In this document: one piece after another, positions 20,267 through 31,167 of the stretch | Position numbering within the stretch: the stretch's first letter is position 1 | Layout: each line of letters starts with the position of its first letter | Source of the DNA: a virus | Lineage: Duplodnaviria; Caudoviricetes | Strand: one strand, 5' to 3' | Virus record (IMG/VR): IMGVR_UViG_3300014039_000311 | Span: 28,754 to 92,753 of that record | DNA: 64,000 nucleotides | Position numbers and translations under genes: made by a program | The notes under the pieces: model-generated | What the model saw: the letters and a program-made list of their open reading frames with translations, nothing else | What the model was told of the DNA's origin: nothing | The model's database searches: none

Positions 20267-22354
20267 TTATTTCTTGCCTTTGTCATCGAAATTTTTCAAA
20301 TCTTTTGAAATCTCTTCAAGTTCCTCATTCAATGATAAATTCTTAAGATAAATGTCGTTAATGTCATCATTTTTCTTTTCTTTATGGGTTGATGCGACTT
20401 CGACGAGACGATTAATTAAGAAATGACTGTAATTCTCGGAACGTTTCAAGGCATTATGATTAATCGCCCTTTTCTTTTCCTCGATTTTAGACTTCATCCC
20501 ATGTAATATCATTTCGCCCAAATTAGGCATTGTGCCTGCATCGGATTGATCATTAGCTTCTCCGCCACCTTCATTAGGCGCACCATTGTCTTCATTGGCA
20601 GTATCTTCCATTGACATTTCACCCTCTTCACCAGTTTCCATTCCATCATCAGACATATCATCGCCGAAACTCATATCGCCTGTTCCGATAGGCATACCAC
20701 CACCTCCACCACCAGGGGCAGCACCTCCTTCTTCGCCATTAGCGTCAAGAGTATCCTGATATTCGGCACCAGGCTCACCATAGATATTATCGACAGGATC
20801 AAACAAGCCAGTTTTTTTAATAATTTGTGTCGTTTTCTGTAACTCCGCCGCCAATGCCGTTTCAAGACGTATTTCTTCAAGATTCCTCTGAATTTCCTTA
20901 TCAGACCATTTCATTATGTTTTTCCAAGCCCACGTCATAGAGGTCAAAGGTATACCTCCACCAGGGTCAGAAACTGCATCTTTCGCCGTGGTAATACGCT
21001 TTGCGACGTTCTCTATTTCCAACATCTCGGCTTGTGAAGAAGGATTATTCATTGTCAGAGTGAAGTTATTCAATTCATCAAAGAAGCCTAACAGACAAAG
21101 ATGAATAATGGCTATTTTATTTAATTCCATTATTAACGCTTGCTGTACTCTATTAACTGTTCTAGTGAATCTCACATCCAATAACGATAGATTTTTACCA
21201 TCACCTTGTGCATCATCAAAGTTAAGGAAAGACTTAGGAATTCTTAAAGCTGTCAATACCTTGTTTTGAATATACTTAATATCATCCATTGCAGTTAAGT
21301 TTTGACCTGCCGAAAGAGTCTCAATAGGATTTGGTGCGCTGTCATCTCTTACAGGAATAAAGAAATCTTCTAGATTATTCATTACGTTTTTCCTTAAATC
21401 AATCTGTCCGGTCATAGGGTCGATAATAGGTGTTCTCTTGAAATTATCTGCAATCTGTTGTACATAAGCGGGAACATCGGCCTCATCAATTGCACCGACA
21501 TTGATTTTAAACACACGTCTCTCCACTGACCGGTCCAAGCGATAGACAAGCATCATATCCTCCATCATGCTAAGCATCCTGAAATGCCTTCTTGCCTTAT
21601 TTAATATTGAAACACCATAAGGCAAAAATTGCGAATCATACAATAATCGGAAGTGTGCAATTTGGAATTCCCTATACGGAATATATTCGGATTGGCCAAC
21701 CCATACAAATTTAGTCTTATCAATATTTTTCTCATTTACATTATTAAGATTATATCCCACGGTCGATGATGCATAAGGGCAATCCATTCCATTCTCATAT
21801 CTTTCGATTTCATAGACAGGTAATTGTTTCCATCCCAATACGCCCTTTGATTGGTCGACATTTAATAACATGAAGGTATTACCGTATTTGCACATTGAAC
21901 GGCAAATCATTGGTAATATAATATTAATGTTTAACCTATTGGTAAATAAATCTTGTAGAATTGACTTAATACGTTCTGACTTGGAAAATACATTAACAAT
22001 AAAACCTTTATCATTTGCAGTACAGCTCTCTTCCGCATAGGCATCAAGAGCAGCACCAATCTCAGGAAAAGCATCCATAAGATCTGAATCCCTATAACTT
22101 AATTTTAGCTCATTTAAACCTGATAATGATTGATTCGTAATATCATAATGTGCTTTCACCCATTGTCTTCCAAGTAATTTCTGTTGTTTGGCTTGCAACA
22201 ATTTCATCTGGTAATCAGATTTACTTGTCGCAGTATCAATGACATTATTGTCACTATGTATATTATATGTATTGCTAGTTGACAACGATGGTGAAACCGA
22301 TGCGCCGGTTAGCACTTGTTGTAACCTTTGAAATACAGTTTTTTCCTTTGACAT
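20267..22354 (-). CDS. portal protein, T4 gp20-like
   Basis: MMEDMMLVYRLDRSVERRVFKINVG, EDFFIPVR, IETLSAGQNL, DIKYIQNK motifs. Confidence 0.92.
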   Translation of the reverse strand: MSKEKTVFQRLQQVLTGASVSPSLSTSNTYNIHSDNNVIDTATSKSDYQMKLLQAKQQKLLGRQWVKAHYDITNQSLSGLNELKLSYRDSDLMDAFPEIGAALDAYAEESCTANDKGFIVNVFSKSERIKSILQDLFTNRLNINIILPMICRSMCKYGNTFMLLNVDQSKGVLGWKQLPVYEIERYENGMDCPYASSTVGYNLNNVNEKNIDKTKFVWVGQSEYIPYREFQIAHFRLLYDSQFLPYGVSILNKARRHFRMLSMMEDMMLVYRLDRSVERRVFKINVGAIDEADVPAYVQQIADNFKRTPIIDPMTGQIDLRKNVMNNLEDFFIPVRDDSAPNPIETLSAGQNLTAMDDIKYIQNKVLTALRIPKSFLNFDDAQGDGKNLSLLDVRFTRTVNRVQQALIMELNKIAIIHLCLLGFFDELNNFTLTMNNPSSQAEMLEIENVAKRITTAKDAVSDPGGGIPLTSMTWAWKNIMKWSDKEIQRNLEEIRLETALAAELQKTTQIIKKTGLFDPVDNIYGEPGAEYQDTLDANGEEGGAAPGGGGGGMPIGTGDMSFGDDMSDDGMETGEEGEMSMEDTANEDNGAPNEGGGEANDQSDAGTMPNLGEMILHGMKSKIEEKKRAINHNALKRSENYSHFLINRLVEVASTHKEKKNDDINDIYLKNLSLNEELEEISKDLKNFDDKGKK

Positions 22355-22415
22355 ATAAAAATAAAAAATACCTTATACAATAAATATAAGGTATCTTCTC
22401 TGTTTAATCAAGGTA

Positions 22416-24293
22416 TTATTTTACTTTAAATCCGCCCAACATTATACACGCAGCCATTCTCATTCTCTCTTGTTTTTTACTGTCGAACATAAAAGGATCA
22501 AATCTTTTATTGTATTTGTTAATATTTTCTTCCTCTTTCAATTGCCTTGTCGATGGGGTCGTATTATTCGCATTATTGACATACCAAGACTTCACGATAC
22601 ATTTATCCTTTGTTTTTTGTTTTTCAGATTTCAACATATAGAATTGCATTACAAACAAACCCATTGCAAGGCAAGTCAATAGGTCATCATGTGCGCCATC
22701 CATATGATCCGGTCTTCCATTTTTGAATATCCAAGTGTCCAATTCATTTATTCCCCTCTGTGAACGAACCTTGAAGGCATTAGATTTCAACATATCGACG
22801 AAATTCGCAATCATTTGTAATCGTAATGCACTGGTTCTAAAACCAGGTAATTGTTTCTGCTGGTCAAACACGTTTTGTACTTTTACTAAATTCTGATTGG
22901 TATAGTTTTTCATCTGGGGATTATCGTAATATAAATTTGGATAACCTAAATCCATCAAGGTAAGAACAACTGAGTCCCCGTAACCACCAATACATTCGAC
23001 AACTGTCAGTGCATCATTATATATACGAGCATACCTATCGACCAATTGACCCACCTCATTACCATTTATTTTTCCATTATATTCGAGAACTTGTTCAAAG
23101 CAAGGCATTCCGTCTTCATCAACTCCATCTATATCAATTATTTGTATTGCGGTTGAATCTTCACCAGAACCAGAAGAAGGGTCACAAGCACATATATAAC
23201 GATGCATCGGTATTGGATCTTTCCATATCCAAGTTTCCTTTACCAAGGTATCCATCAATTTCCAATCATCAGTAATTTGCACTACATTACTTTTCATCTG
23301 CCTTTCGATCACTTCAACTGGTACCACGTTATCAGAAGAACCAAGGAATGACACGTTCAACTCTTGTGCTATCTTTTGACTGTCATTATTGAATGATTTA
23401 CACATTGAAACATACCAAGGTGAAGTAGGTATCCATCCTTCCCTTTCCAATTTACGCCATCTCTCCTCGTTATATTCAATTTCTCCTCTATTACCAATTA
23501 CGGTTTCGACTATCTCATCGTTATGACCATTCTCCTTATTAAGTCTATGCCATTTCAAATTTCTATTGTAACGTAAATCTTGGAACCATTTGAACTCTAC
23601 AGGATTAAAGTTATTCCTTTTGTCCAATGCGTTCACGTATGTTTTGTAGTAAAGGGCGTCCTTACCATTTGGGGTCGATACCATAATAATTTTGGCATCT
23701 TTTACTGATGCAGTGGCAGCAACAGCCTGTGCATAAACAGTAGTACCGTCTTGGATGAACGCAGCCTCATCAAAAATAAGAATTGAAACGGCGGAAATAC
23801 CACGAGCGGCGTTAGTGCCTGATGATCTTGCATAAACCTTACAGCCATTAAACAATTCGATATACGATTTATTCCTTGCCTTATATATAGATTTGGTGTT
23901 TTTCTCACTCTTAGGATCAGGTGAATAATAATCATTACCCCACATCCATCTTGGAACTTGGTCAAGGAAGTTACCTATTTTTTCGACCAATTGTTGTGAA
24001 ATGTCAAGTTTATTACCAATACACAAGACGGTTTCTGGCGACTTCGAACTTGCGAATACACATTGACCCGTTATCCATGCACTAGATACGGTAGTAATAC
24101 CCGCCTGTCTGTGTTTGATAGCAATTGTGTTTGAATTTGTGCATAATGAATGTAAAAATTCTATCTGCCGTGGAAAAAGTCTGAATGGTACTTCCTTCCT
24201 TTCATCAGCATTGAAAGTCGATAAATAATGCTCAATAAAATATTTTCTTGTCTTGTCTTTAAGACATCTTATATATTCTTCTTTAAAACTCAT
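22416..24293 (-). CDS. terminase large subunit, gp17-like
   Basis: KHRQAGITT Walker A variant, IFDEAAF Walker B, STPNG motif, RNase H-like DPSSG...HDDL. Confidence 0.92.
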   Translation of the reverse strand: MSFKEEYIRCLKDKTRKYFIEHYLSTFNADERKEVPFRLFPRQIEFLHSLCTNSNTIAIKHRQAGITTVSSAWITGQCVFASSKSPETVLCIGNKLDISQQLVEKIGNFLDQVPRWMWGNDYYSPDPKSEKNTKSIYKARNKSYIELFNGCKVYARSSGTNAARGISAVSILIFDEAAFIQDGTTVYAQAVAATASVKDAKIIMVSTPNGKDALYYKTYVNALDKRNNFNPVEFKWFQDLRYNRNLKWHRLNKENGHNDEIVETVIGNRGEIEYNEERWRKLEREGWIPTSPWYVSMCKSFNNDSQKIAQELNVSFLGSSDNVVPVEVIERQMKSNVVQITDDWKLMDTLVKETWIWKDPIPMHRYICACDPSSGSGEDSTAIQIIDIDGVDEDGMPCFEQVLEYNGKINGNEVGQLVDRYARIYNDALTVVECIGGYGDSVVLTLMDLGYPNLYYDNPQMKNYTNQNLVKVQNVFDQQKQLPGFRTSALRLQMIANFVDMLKSNAFKVRSQRGINELDTWIFKNGRPDHMDGAHDDLLTCLAMGLFVMQFYMLKSEKQKTKDKCIVKSWYVNNANNTTPSTRQLKEEENINKYNKRFDPFMFDSKKQERMRMAACIMLGGFKVK

Positions 24294-24336
24294 AAACTTT
24301 CAGTATATTTGTATTAATATTATAAATATTAAGGTA

Positions 24337-25101
24337 ATGAAAAAGAAAACCATAGAGGAATTAATAAAGAAGGCTAACGCAATACATTGTAATAAATACA
24401 AATATGACAATTACGTATTAGTGAATACCCATACACCGAGTTGCATAACGTGCCCTATACATGGAGATTTCTTGCAGTCATTCGATGCTCATATTCATCA
24501 AAAATCAGGATGTCCTGAGTGCGCAAAAATAAAGAGAAATAAAAAGAATACGAAGTTTAATTATGATATGTTGTCTGAAAACAATGCAAAATATTCTTTT
24601 AATTATGATTACCGAAATTTTGAATACAATGGATATGATGCAAAATCGACTGTAATATGTCCAACCCACGGGGAATTTATTACTTCTTGGCATAAATTAA
24701 AATATGGTCACGGATGTCCTATGTGTGGAAATAAAAAGAATTATTCAGAATTAAGGTTAAAATCAATTCTTGAGAAAGAATTTAACAAAGTGGAGTATCA
24801 AAAGAGATTTGATTGGTTAGGTAGGCAAAGTTTGGATTTCTATCTTCCTCAATATAATGTTGCAATTGAATATCAAGGCAGACAACACTTTTGTGAATAT
24901 TCATTATTCAATCACGATGAGACTCTCAAGTCTGATTTAACGAAATTGGAAAAATGTAAAGCACATAGTATTTCAATTTATTATATCACATTTGAAGGAA
25001 AATACATACCTATTGATTTTAGCTACTATAAATTATATACTAATATAAATAATTTAATTAAAAATATAAAATATGGCAAGAGAAAGACTAAAATTAAATG
25101 A
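24337..25101 (+). CDS. free-standing endonuclease (CPxHG/GCPxC zinc-ribbon repeats + PD-(D/E)xK Vsr/DUF559-like domain)
   Basis: Two C-P-x-H-G...GCP repeats; SLDFYLP..NVAIEYQGRQH; likely start ATG 24337 after TATATTTG (24304-24311). Confidence 0.7.
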   Translation: MKKKTIEELIKKANAIHCNKYKYDNYVLVNTHTPSCITCPIHGDFLQSFDAHIHQKSGCPECAKIKRNKKNTKFNYDMLSENNAKYSFNYDYRNFEYNGYDAKSTVICPTHGEFITSWHKLKYGHGCPMCGNKKNYSELRLKSILEKEFNKVEYQKRFDWLGRQSLDFYLPQYNVAIEYQGRQHFCEYSLFNHDETLKSDLTKLEKCKAHSISIYYITFEGKYIPIDFSYYKLYTNINNLIKNIKYGKRKTKIK

Positions 25102-25990
25102 AGAAAGTTCCATTTCAACAAAAGTAAGGTTTATGTCCCAAGAAATTAGGGATTTGCTATTAAGAAAGCTTCAGTATTCACCTAAATATATGTCAAAAGA
25201 AGGAAATTGTCTTATAAAAAAAGGCAGTTTCGTTTATAAACCAAGAGACATTATGAAATTGGATTCATTTATCGTAACATATATTGCCTATTATTTTGAT
25301 AACGAAACCGAATATAAAGACTTTTACCGATATAATCAAAAGAGATTGTCAAGTGAAACAGATTATGAGAAAAAAATTATCTATTATCGATTCGCAATAG
25401 TAAATGACAAGATACCAAAAGAATTCGATGGAATGATTCAACACGAATTAAGTCATTTTTTTCAATGTTACAATGGGCAAACAAAAAACGAAGAACTTTA
25501 TAATAAAATTAAAGATGTAATAAACGATTCTAAGAATGATGTCGATAGAAACATTGCATATGCATTGTATTTAACTTTTAATACTGAAATAGATGCCTTT
25601 GCTAATCAATATTATGCGTATCTTAAACAAAATAAGATAGGAGTTGAAATAGCAATAACTACATTTCCTAATGGTGAAGGGAATCCTTATAATACATTTG
25701 ATAAATATTATGACTACGTAGTCGACATTGAGAAATATCTCGATGATAAACATATGAAGGATGTCTTCGGCTTAAGTGTCGAACAAATATTCAGTAGACT
25801 GGAAAATGCCGAAAAAAGATATAAAAATAAAATGATGAAAGTTATTTCTTTATATGATAAAGAAATTGTTTCCTCTAAGATGAACGAACACGTTCATCTT
25901 AATTTATCACTTTTATTCGGAGTAAGATTAAACTTTGAAATGGACTGTTACCAAAGAGGGATATATGAAACAGAAAGCGAATTTTTTTAA
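25073..25990 (+). CDS. putative zinc metallopeptidase (HExxH) with LxE leader
   Basis: HELSH plus downstream EIDA third ligand; N-terminus MARERLKLNEE. Confidence 0.55.
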   Translation: MARERLKLNEESSISTKVRFMSQEIRDLLLRKLQYSPKYMSKEGNCLIKKGSFVYKPRDIMKLDSFIVTYIAYYFDNETEYKDFYRYNQKRLSSETDYEKKIIYYRFAIVNDKIPKEFDGMIQHELSHFFQCYNGQTKNEELYNKIKDVINDSKNDVDRNIAYALYLTFNTEIDAFANQYYAYLKQNKIGVEIAITTFPNGEGNPYNTFDKYYDYVVDIEKYLDDKHMKDVFGLSVEQIFSRLENAEKRYKNKMMKVISLYDKEIVSSKMNEHVHLNLSLLFGVRLNFEMDCYQRGIYETESEFF

Positions 25991-26035
25991 TAACGAAAAT
26001 AGGAAGCCGACTTGTTGTTGACTTCCTATTATATT

Positions 26036-28564
26036 TTATCTTGTCTTGTATGTCCTTGGTTTTCCTTTTTCAATCCAAGACCAATTGTCCCTCATTCGTG
26101 AGTTATCTGATGGGGTCGCATTATTTTCTTCAGTTTCTTCATCAGGTAAACCATAGAATGAAGGTGGAACATTGTTTTTCTCAAGGATTTGTCTTACGTT
26201 GTTCAAATCGAAATCACGTTCGCATACCGACAAGTCATCGGTCTCAATAAACAGACATTTGATTATCGGCTGCTTTGTTCCGAATAACAGCATACAAGAA
26301 TGCCCTATTACTGTATCGCCTTTGGTTTTCATACTGATGAAACCATCGTCACAGTATTTTTTAATTATACTATTATATTGTCTTACAAGTCTGTCTTGCA
26401 TACCATTAATGATACGCACTCTTTCATACCGTCCGTTATTAAAACCTTTTATTACAATTCGTGATAGACTTTTACCTCCATGTGACTTTTTATTTATTTT
26501 GACGGTTGACATTTCGCCATTGGAAGTATTTCCAATCTTTACCGAGTTAGGTTTAACAACGTTCCTATTGGCAGCTTTCCTTAACTGATTTTGTGTTATT
26601 TCTTCGAGAATGACTGAAGGTGAATATATTTTTCCTTCCTCGAACGATTGTCGTTGTGGTATTTGCTGTTGAGGTTGAACGTTATTTTTCCTTTGCGCTA
26701 TTACTTGTTTCTTAAGTTGTAAGGCCTGTTTCTTATTTGCATAAATTAGAGGCTTAATTCCACTCTTAGCGTTGATGGCATCTACCTCATCTCTGGTTAA
26801 TACTTTATTTATCTTTACGGCACCCGTGATAATCCAATCCTCTGTGGACGGGTCTACATTTGTCCTATAACGATAAAATGCGTTCTTAGGTATCCTTGGA
26901 ATACCAGCCCTACTATGTTGATATTTACCAGCTTTAGTCAAACCATTCTTATAGCATTCATCACTCAAATCATTATCAGCTTGGTATTCACATTCTGCAA
27001 AAACAAAGTCATCGGGAAATACATATTGTCCATTTACAAGTAATGTTTCGCTGTTATTTAGCTTATAACAGAATTGTTTGGCAAATGGTATCATTCCTAA
27101 GTGCCAACCGGGACGGAAACTTAAATTACCTAAATTTCTTGCTGTACCTTTACCGCCAGTTTTCACCTGTGGTCTATGTTCTGCTGCCGTATATCCTACA
27201 ATAGGAGGACAATCACAAGGTAGCCATTTACCTATAGGTGTTGGTTGTCCATCTTGATTAGCAACAACAGGAGGATACAACTGACCATTTTTTAAAGCAA
27301 ATACCTTATAACCTATCTCTTTCTTCTTAGGTATCTGAAATTCGCCTTCTTTCCACGTTATATGTTCCTTAGGCACAGCGAAACCTTGTTTTTCGGCTTC
27401 CTCAGGACTAATTAACGGTTTGCTCGCCTCATCGATAGGCAATTCAGAATCAGTTATTAATTCATCTGGTGTATAACATTCATCATCACTAATTTCTGAA
27501 TAATCCGAATTCATATCGTTCATATGAGTTATGAAGTCTTCTTCTTCCTTCATATTATTGATTTCATTAACTATTCTCGCCAATGAAGTTTTACCTTTCT
27601 TAGTACCTTTGAATACCTCTCTTAGTAACGAATTGAATTTCTCGGAAGGCAACTTGGATATTTCCATTAGTAAATAATTTGCCCCAATATTATCGATATC
27701 AATACCTTGTGTTTCCAAGGCATTAATGATTAAACACCATAATGGTACGCCTAATCTTGCGTCCCACATCTCAGCTAATTTAAAATCCGATTTACTGATG
27801 ACATATTGTGCCTTATCGGAATTTTTAGGCAAACCGTGGGATACTGCAAGCTCAAGGATGCCTTTGATAGTTTCTTCTAACAGTACAGGCATTAATACCC
27901 CTTCAGCTTTGATTTCGACCATATTATCAGGTGACATTATGTTTACATCGACTTTACCTGCGTCAGTAATATCATCCTTATTCATCGTATCCTTTTCAAG
28001 ATACAATAACAGATTATTTAACTCGAATATTTTTTTATAAAGTGAAGGCAATTCATCATTAATTTCAAACAATCCTTGGAGATAGTATCTCATTTCCTCA
28101 GAATTAACAATAGCGGCACCTGTTACCAAAGAATCCAGCATTCTTCGTTTATATACTTCGTCAGTCAATCGATTCATGTCGTCAATATCATCGAAAGTAT
28201 AATCAATCGTTTTTTCAGGTACCAATCGTTCATCCTTAGTATCAATACTATCGACAAGCTTCATCGATATTTTAATAGTATTGTCAGGTATTTGAAATAT
28301 CTCATTAACAGTGTCGGCACACAGTTTTTCCAAAGCAGCAACATTATTACTTTCGATCTTTTTTGCCTGAGTAATTAATGATGATAATTTACCCTTGAGT
28401 TCATTGACATTGTCATATTCAAAGCTATTCGATAAATTTTCAAAATAATCACTAACGATACTAACAATAAAACTGTCTTCTTCGTCCGGTGGATATGAAG
28501 GGTGTTGCCCCAACGAAGTCTTTGAATTTTGTAACGAGCTTAATATATATGATGGTAATTTCAT
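26036..28564 (-). CDS. multidomain head-associated protein/polyprotein
   Basis: 842 aa; N-terminal helical domain, acidic linker ending IDE, GYKVF...LYPP...RPGWH domain, linker ending ILEE, C-terminal domain. Confidence 0.55.
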   Translation of the reverse strand: MKLPSYILSSLQNSKTSLGQHPSYPPDEEDSFIVSIVSDYFENLSNSFEYDNVNELKGKLSSLITQAKKIESNNVAALEKLCADTVNEIFQIPDNTIKISMKLVDSIDTKDERLVPEKTIDYTFDDIDDMNRLTDEVYKRRMLDSLVTGAAIVNSEEMRYYLQGLFEINDELPSLYKKIFELNNLLLYLEKDTMNKDDITDAGKVDVNIMSPDNMVEIKAEGVLMPVLLEETIKGILELAVSHGLPKNSDKAQYVISKSDFKLAEMWDARLGVPLWCLIINALETQGIDIDNIGANYLLMEISKLPSEKFNSLLREVFKGTKKGKTSLARIVNEINNMKEEEDFITHMNDMNSDYSEISDDECYTPDELITDSELPIDEASKPLISPEEAEKQGFAVPKEHITWKEGEFQIPKKKEIGYKVFALKNGQLYPPVVANQDGQPTPIGKWLPCDCPPIVGYTAAEHRPQVKTGGKGTARNLGNLSFRPGWHLGMIPFAKQFCYKLNNSETLLVNGQYVFPDDFVFAECEYQADNDLSDECYKNGLTKAGKYQHSRAGIPRIPKNAFYRYRTNVDPSTEDWIITGAVKINKVLTRDEVDAINAKSGIKPLIYANKKQALQLKKQVIAQRKNNVQPQQQIPQRQSFEEGKIYSPSVILEEITQNQLRKAANRNVVKPNSVKIGNTSNGEMSTVKINKKSHGGKSLSRIVIKGFNNGRYERVRIINGMQDRLVRQYNSIIKKYCDDGFISMKTKGDTVIGHSCMLLFGTKQPIIKCLFIETDDLSVCERDFDLNNVRQILEKNNVPPSFYGLPDEETEENNATPSDNSRMRDNWSWIEKGKPRTYKTR

Positions 28565-28576
28565 TATGTTTTTATA

Positions 28577-28876
28577 CTATTTCAATTTATTTAGAAAATC
28601 GTTCAAAGAATATAATTCTGAGTTTTCTTTTAACACCCTTAAACGATTTTCCTGCAACTGTTTCTTAGTAATAATTTTCCCTTCGTTTTGTGATTGTGCA
28701 GGAATTTGAATGTTAGCATTACTTAAATCAACTCCGTTATTTTTTGCGTTTTGTTTGGTCTTATCAATGGCTTGTTTCACGTCTCCATTACATGCATCCA
28801 CGTCTGCGTTTAAAGTAATGCCTTCACTTAAAGCTTTTTTATATTGGTCTTCACTAATCTTTAAATTTCTACCCAT
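28577..28876 (-). CDS. small head-associated protein with IxE leader
   Basis: MGRNLKISEDQY...ALSE; TATTTAT on minus at 28904-28910. Confidence 0.55.
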   Translation of the reverse strand: MGRNLKISEDQYKKALSEGITLNADVDACNGDVKQAIDKTKQNAKNNGVDLSNANIQIPAQSQNEGKIITKKQLQENRLRVLKENSELYSLNDFLNKLK

Positions 28877-28918
28877 TTTAATAAAAATAAAGTTTTATTA
28901 TTAATAAATATTAAACAA

Positions 28919-30388
28919 TTATCTATAAGGTTTCCAAACATATTTTATTAACCCGCAATCCCATATTTTCGTATAACCGAGTCTTTTTACCATTTCATTT
29001 TCAGTCATCGATAATGGTAAATTGTATCGTTTATGCAATAATTGTTTTCTGAAGCCAAATTTATGAAGTCGAACACAACCATCTGATTGTTTATAATACC
29101 AATAAGATGGTCTTACAAACGAATTAAACTTGAAGCCAAGCTTTGTGTATATGTTATTATCTTTATCAATCGTCCATCTTCTATCAGCAAACGTCTTTAT
29201 ATTTTCAACATTGTAATTCTTTATAAAATATGTAAGTAATTTACCTCCGATACCGATACAGCGATAATTAATATCTGTTGCAAATCTATTCAATTCCCAA
29301 CATCCATCTTTAACTTTTTTGAATGTCATTACAGCCACCATTCGTTCATTAAAATAACCGCCTATACCGACGGTAAAACCGGTTTTACCTTGTATATGGT
29401 TTTTACATAAAAAATCATAAGCATCTTGTTTATTCGTAATTTCTTTAATCTTGCATTTTCTGGCGTAAATCTTGGGAATAGTATCTATTTTACAAAGATG
29501 TTTTAGCTTCGAAATACAAATTTCTTTATTATTAACCCATTCATCCTCAAATATTTGAATTAGTTTAATTCCTTGTTTATTGCATTCTTCGAGTTTGTTT
29601 ATATGATAGTTTTTATCCTTTCCTAATTCTTCCGAATGCCACCATAACCCATTATATTCAATACCTATTCTCAACGACGGAATATAGATATCTATTTCTT
29701 TCCCATTAAGGATGCTACGATCTCTCTGTTGAGGGTTTAAACATTTTAGAATTTCACAAATTTTATCTTCTGCTTTAGAAACCTGTTTTGCGCATTTAGG
29801 ACAGCCGCCCCCTCGTAAATGACAATCTGGAAGTTGTTTAAAATCACCGTGTATCGGGCAAGTTATAATGATATCTTTCATAGTGCCATTATACACAGAT
29901 TTGTCATAAGTATATTTACCCTTATGTTGTAATGTTGAACGTTTAATAAACTCAGAAATATCCATTAAATTTGCCTTACTTCTTTTTTCATTTGCACATT
30001 TCGGACAACCACTTCCATTCAAATGATTGAATGGGGTTTGCCAAAATTCACCATGTTTAGGACAAGTAATACAAACCTTTTGATTCCATTTGTGATATAT
30101 AGTATTAGTGTAAATATATTTATTTCCGTGTACTTTAATAGCTTCTTCAATAAATTTATCTGTTGTTTTTTCTCTCGCCGAAGCCGTTATAGTTTGTCCA
30201 CATTTTCTACAGCCATACCCTTTTAGATGGTTGTGAGGGGTTTGCCAAAATTCACCATGTTCAGGACATATAATACAAACCTTGGTTCTCGAATTTAAAT
30301 AATTTACTTTTGAATAATCATATTTGTCCCCATGAATTGCTATTGATTTTGAAATGAAATCTTCTTTACTATATTTTTTAATTTTCAT
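28919..30388 (-). CDS. Hef-like homing endonuclease (3 zinc-ribbon repeats + Vsr-like nuclease + GNAT-like tail)
   Basis: CPEHGEFWQTP..HL.G.GC repeats; EIDIYIP..IGIEYNGLWWH; FADRRW...IWDCG. Confidence 0.75.
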   Translation of the reverse strand: MKIKKYSKEDFISKSIAIHGDKYDYSKVNYLNSRTKVCIICPEHGEFWQTPHNHLKGYGCRKCGQTITASAREKTTDKFIEEAIKVHGNKYIYTNTIYHKWNQKVCITCPKHGEFWQTPFNHLNGSGCPKCANEKRSKANLMDISEFIKRSTLQHKGKYTYDKSVYNGTMKDIIITCPIHGDFKQLPDCHLRGGGCPKCAKQVSKAEDKICEILKCLNPQQRDRSILNGKEIDIYIPSLRIGIEYNGLWWHSEELGKDKNYHINKLEECNKQGIKLIQIFEDEWVNNKEICISKLKHLCKIDTIPKIYARKCKIKEITNKQDAYDFLCKNHIQGKTGFTVGIGGYFNERMVAVMTFKKVKDGCWELNRFATDINYRCIGIGGKLLTYFIKNYNVENIKTFADRRWTIDKDNNIYTKLGFKFNSFVRPSYWYYKQSDGCVRLHKFGFRKQLLHKRYNLPLSMTENEMVKRLGYTKIWDCGLIKYVWKPYR

Positions 30389-30583
30389 ACTATATTAGTT
30401 AAAATAATAAACTTGTTATTGTATATAATATTATTATATAATACAAATATACAATTTATTTTTATTGTTCAATCATAAATTGTTATATTTTGTGTATTTT
30501 TAATTTTTTTTTTAATAATAATAATAAAAAAAAAAAATAATAGGAACATTGGTTCCTATTATTTTATAATTAATATTTAACTT

Positions 30584-31144
30584 TTAATCAAATTTAGGTG
30601 CAATGAATGGTGATTTACGGTATGAACTATCGTGATTTATTTTCATTTCACATCCCTCTTCATCATCTGTATTTCCAGTTAACTCTTGAAACAACTCATT
30701 CAAACTGTTTTCACGTTCAATACCCTCATTCGTATCTTGGCTTTCATCATCCTTCATTTTGTTGAGTATTTCATCAACATCTTTATCGTCCAATCCATCA
30801 GTCGTTTGTTTTAAAATCATTCCTGCGACATATTTGTCAAGATCTGAATCAGGAGTTGGAAGTTCTTGCTGATATTTTCTGAGCGATTGACTTAACTTTC
30901 CTGTAAGTTGTTGTATATATCTCTTTGGGTCATCATCTTCATTAGTGTCGATACCAGCGTCAAAGTTCGTGTCGTATGGATTAATATTATCACCATCATT
31001 ATTATCCATCGGCGTTTGACCGTCCATAGGAGTAGCATCATCAACCATAGGTGTTGTATCATTTATTGACATTTCCTGTGGTGGTTGGTTTAACTGCGCA
31101 TCCATTGGCATTTCCTGAGTACGAGGTGAACTAACCTTTAACAC
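30584..31144 (-). CDS. acidic prohead core-like protein
   Basis: Acidic, IQQLTGKLSQSLR helix; co-transcribed with 31168-32694. Confidence 0.5.
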   Translation of the reverse strand: MLKVSSPRTQEMPMDAQLNQPPQEMSINDTTPMVDDATPMDGQTPMDNNDGDNINPYDTNFDAGIDTNEDDDPKRYIQQLTGKLSQSLRKYQQELPTPDSDLDKYVAGMILKQTTDGLDDKDVDEILNKMKDDESQDTNEGIERENSLNELFQELTGNTDDEEGCEMKINHDSSYRKSPFIAPKFD

Positions 31145-31167
31145 TTTTCGTTCACTTAGGCTTTCTT

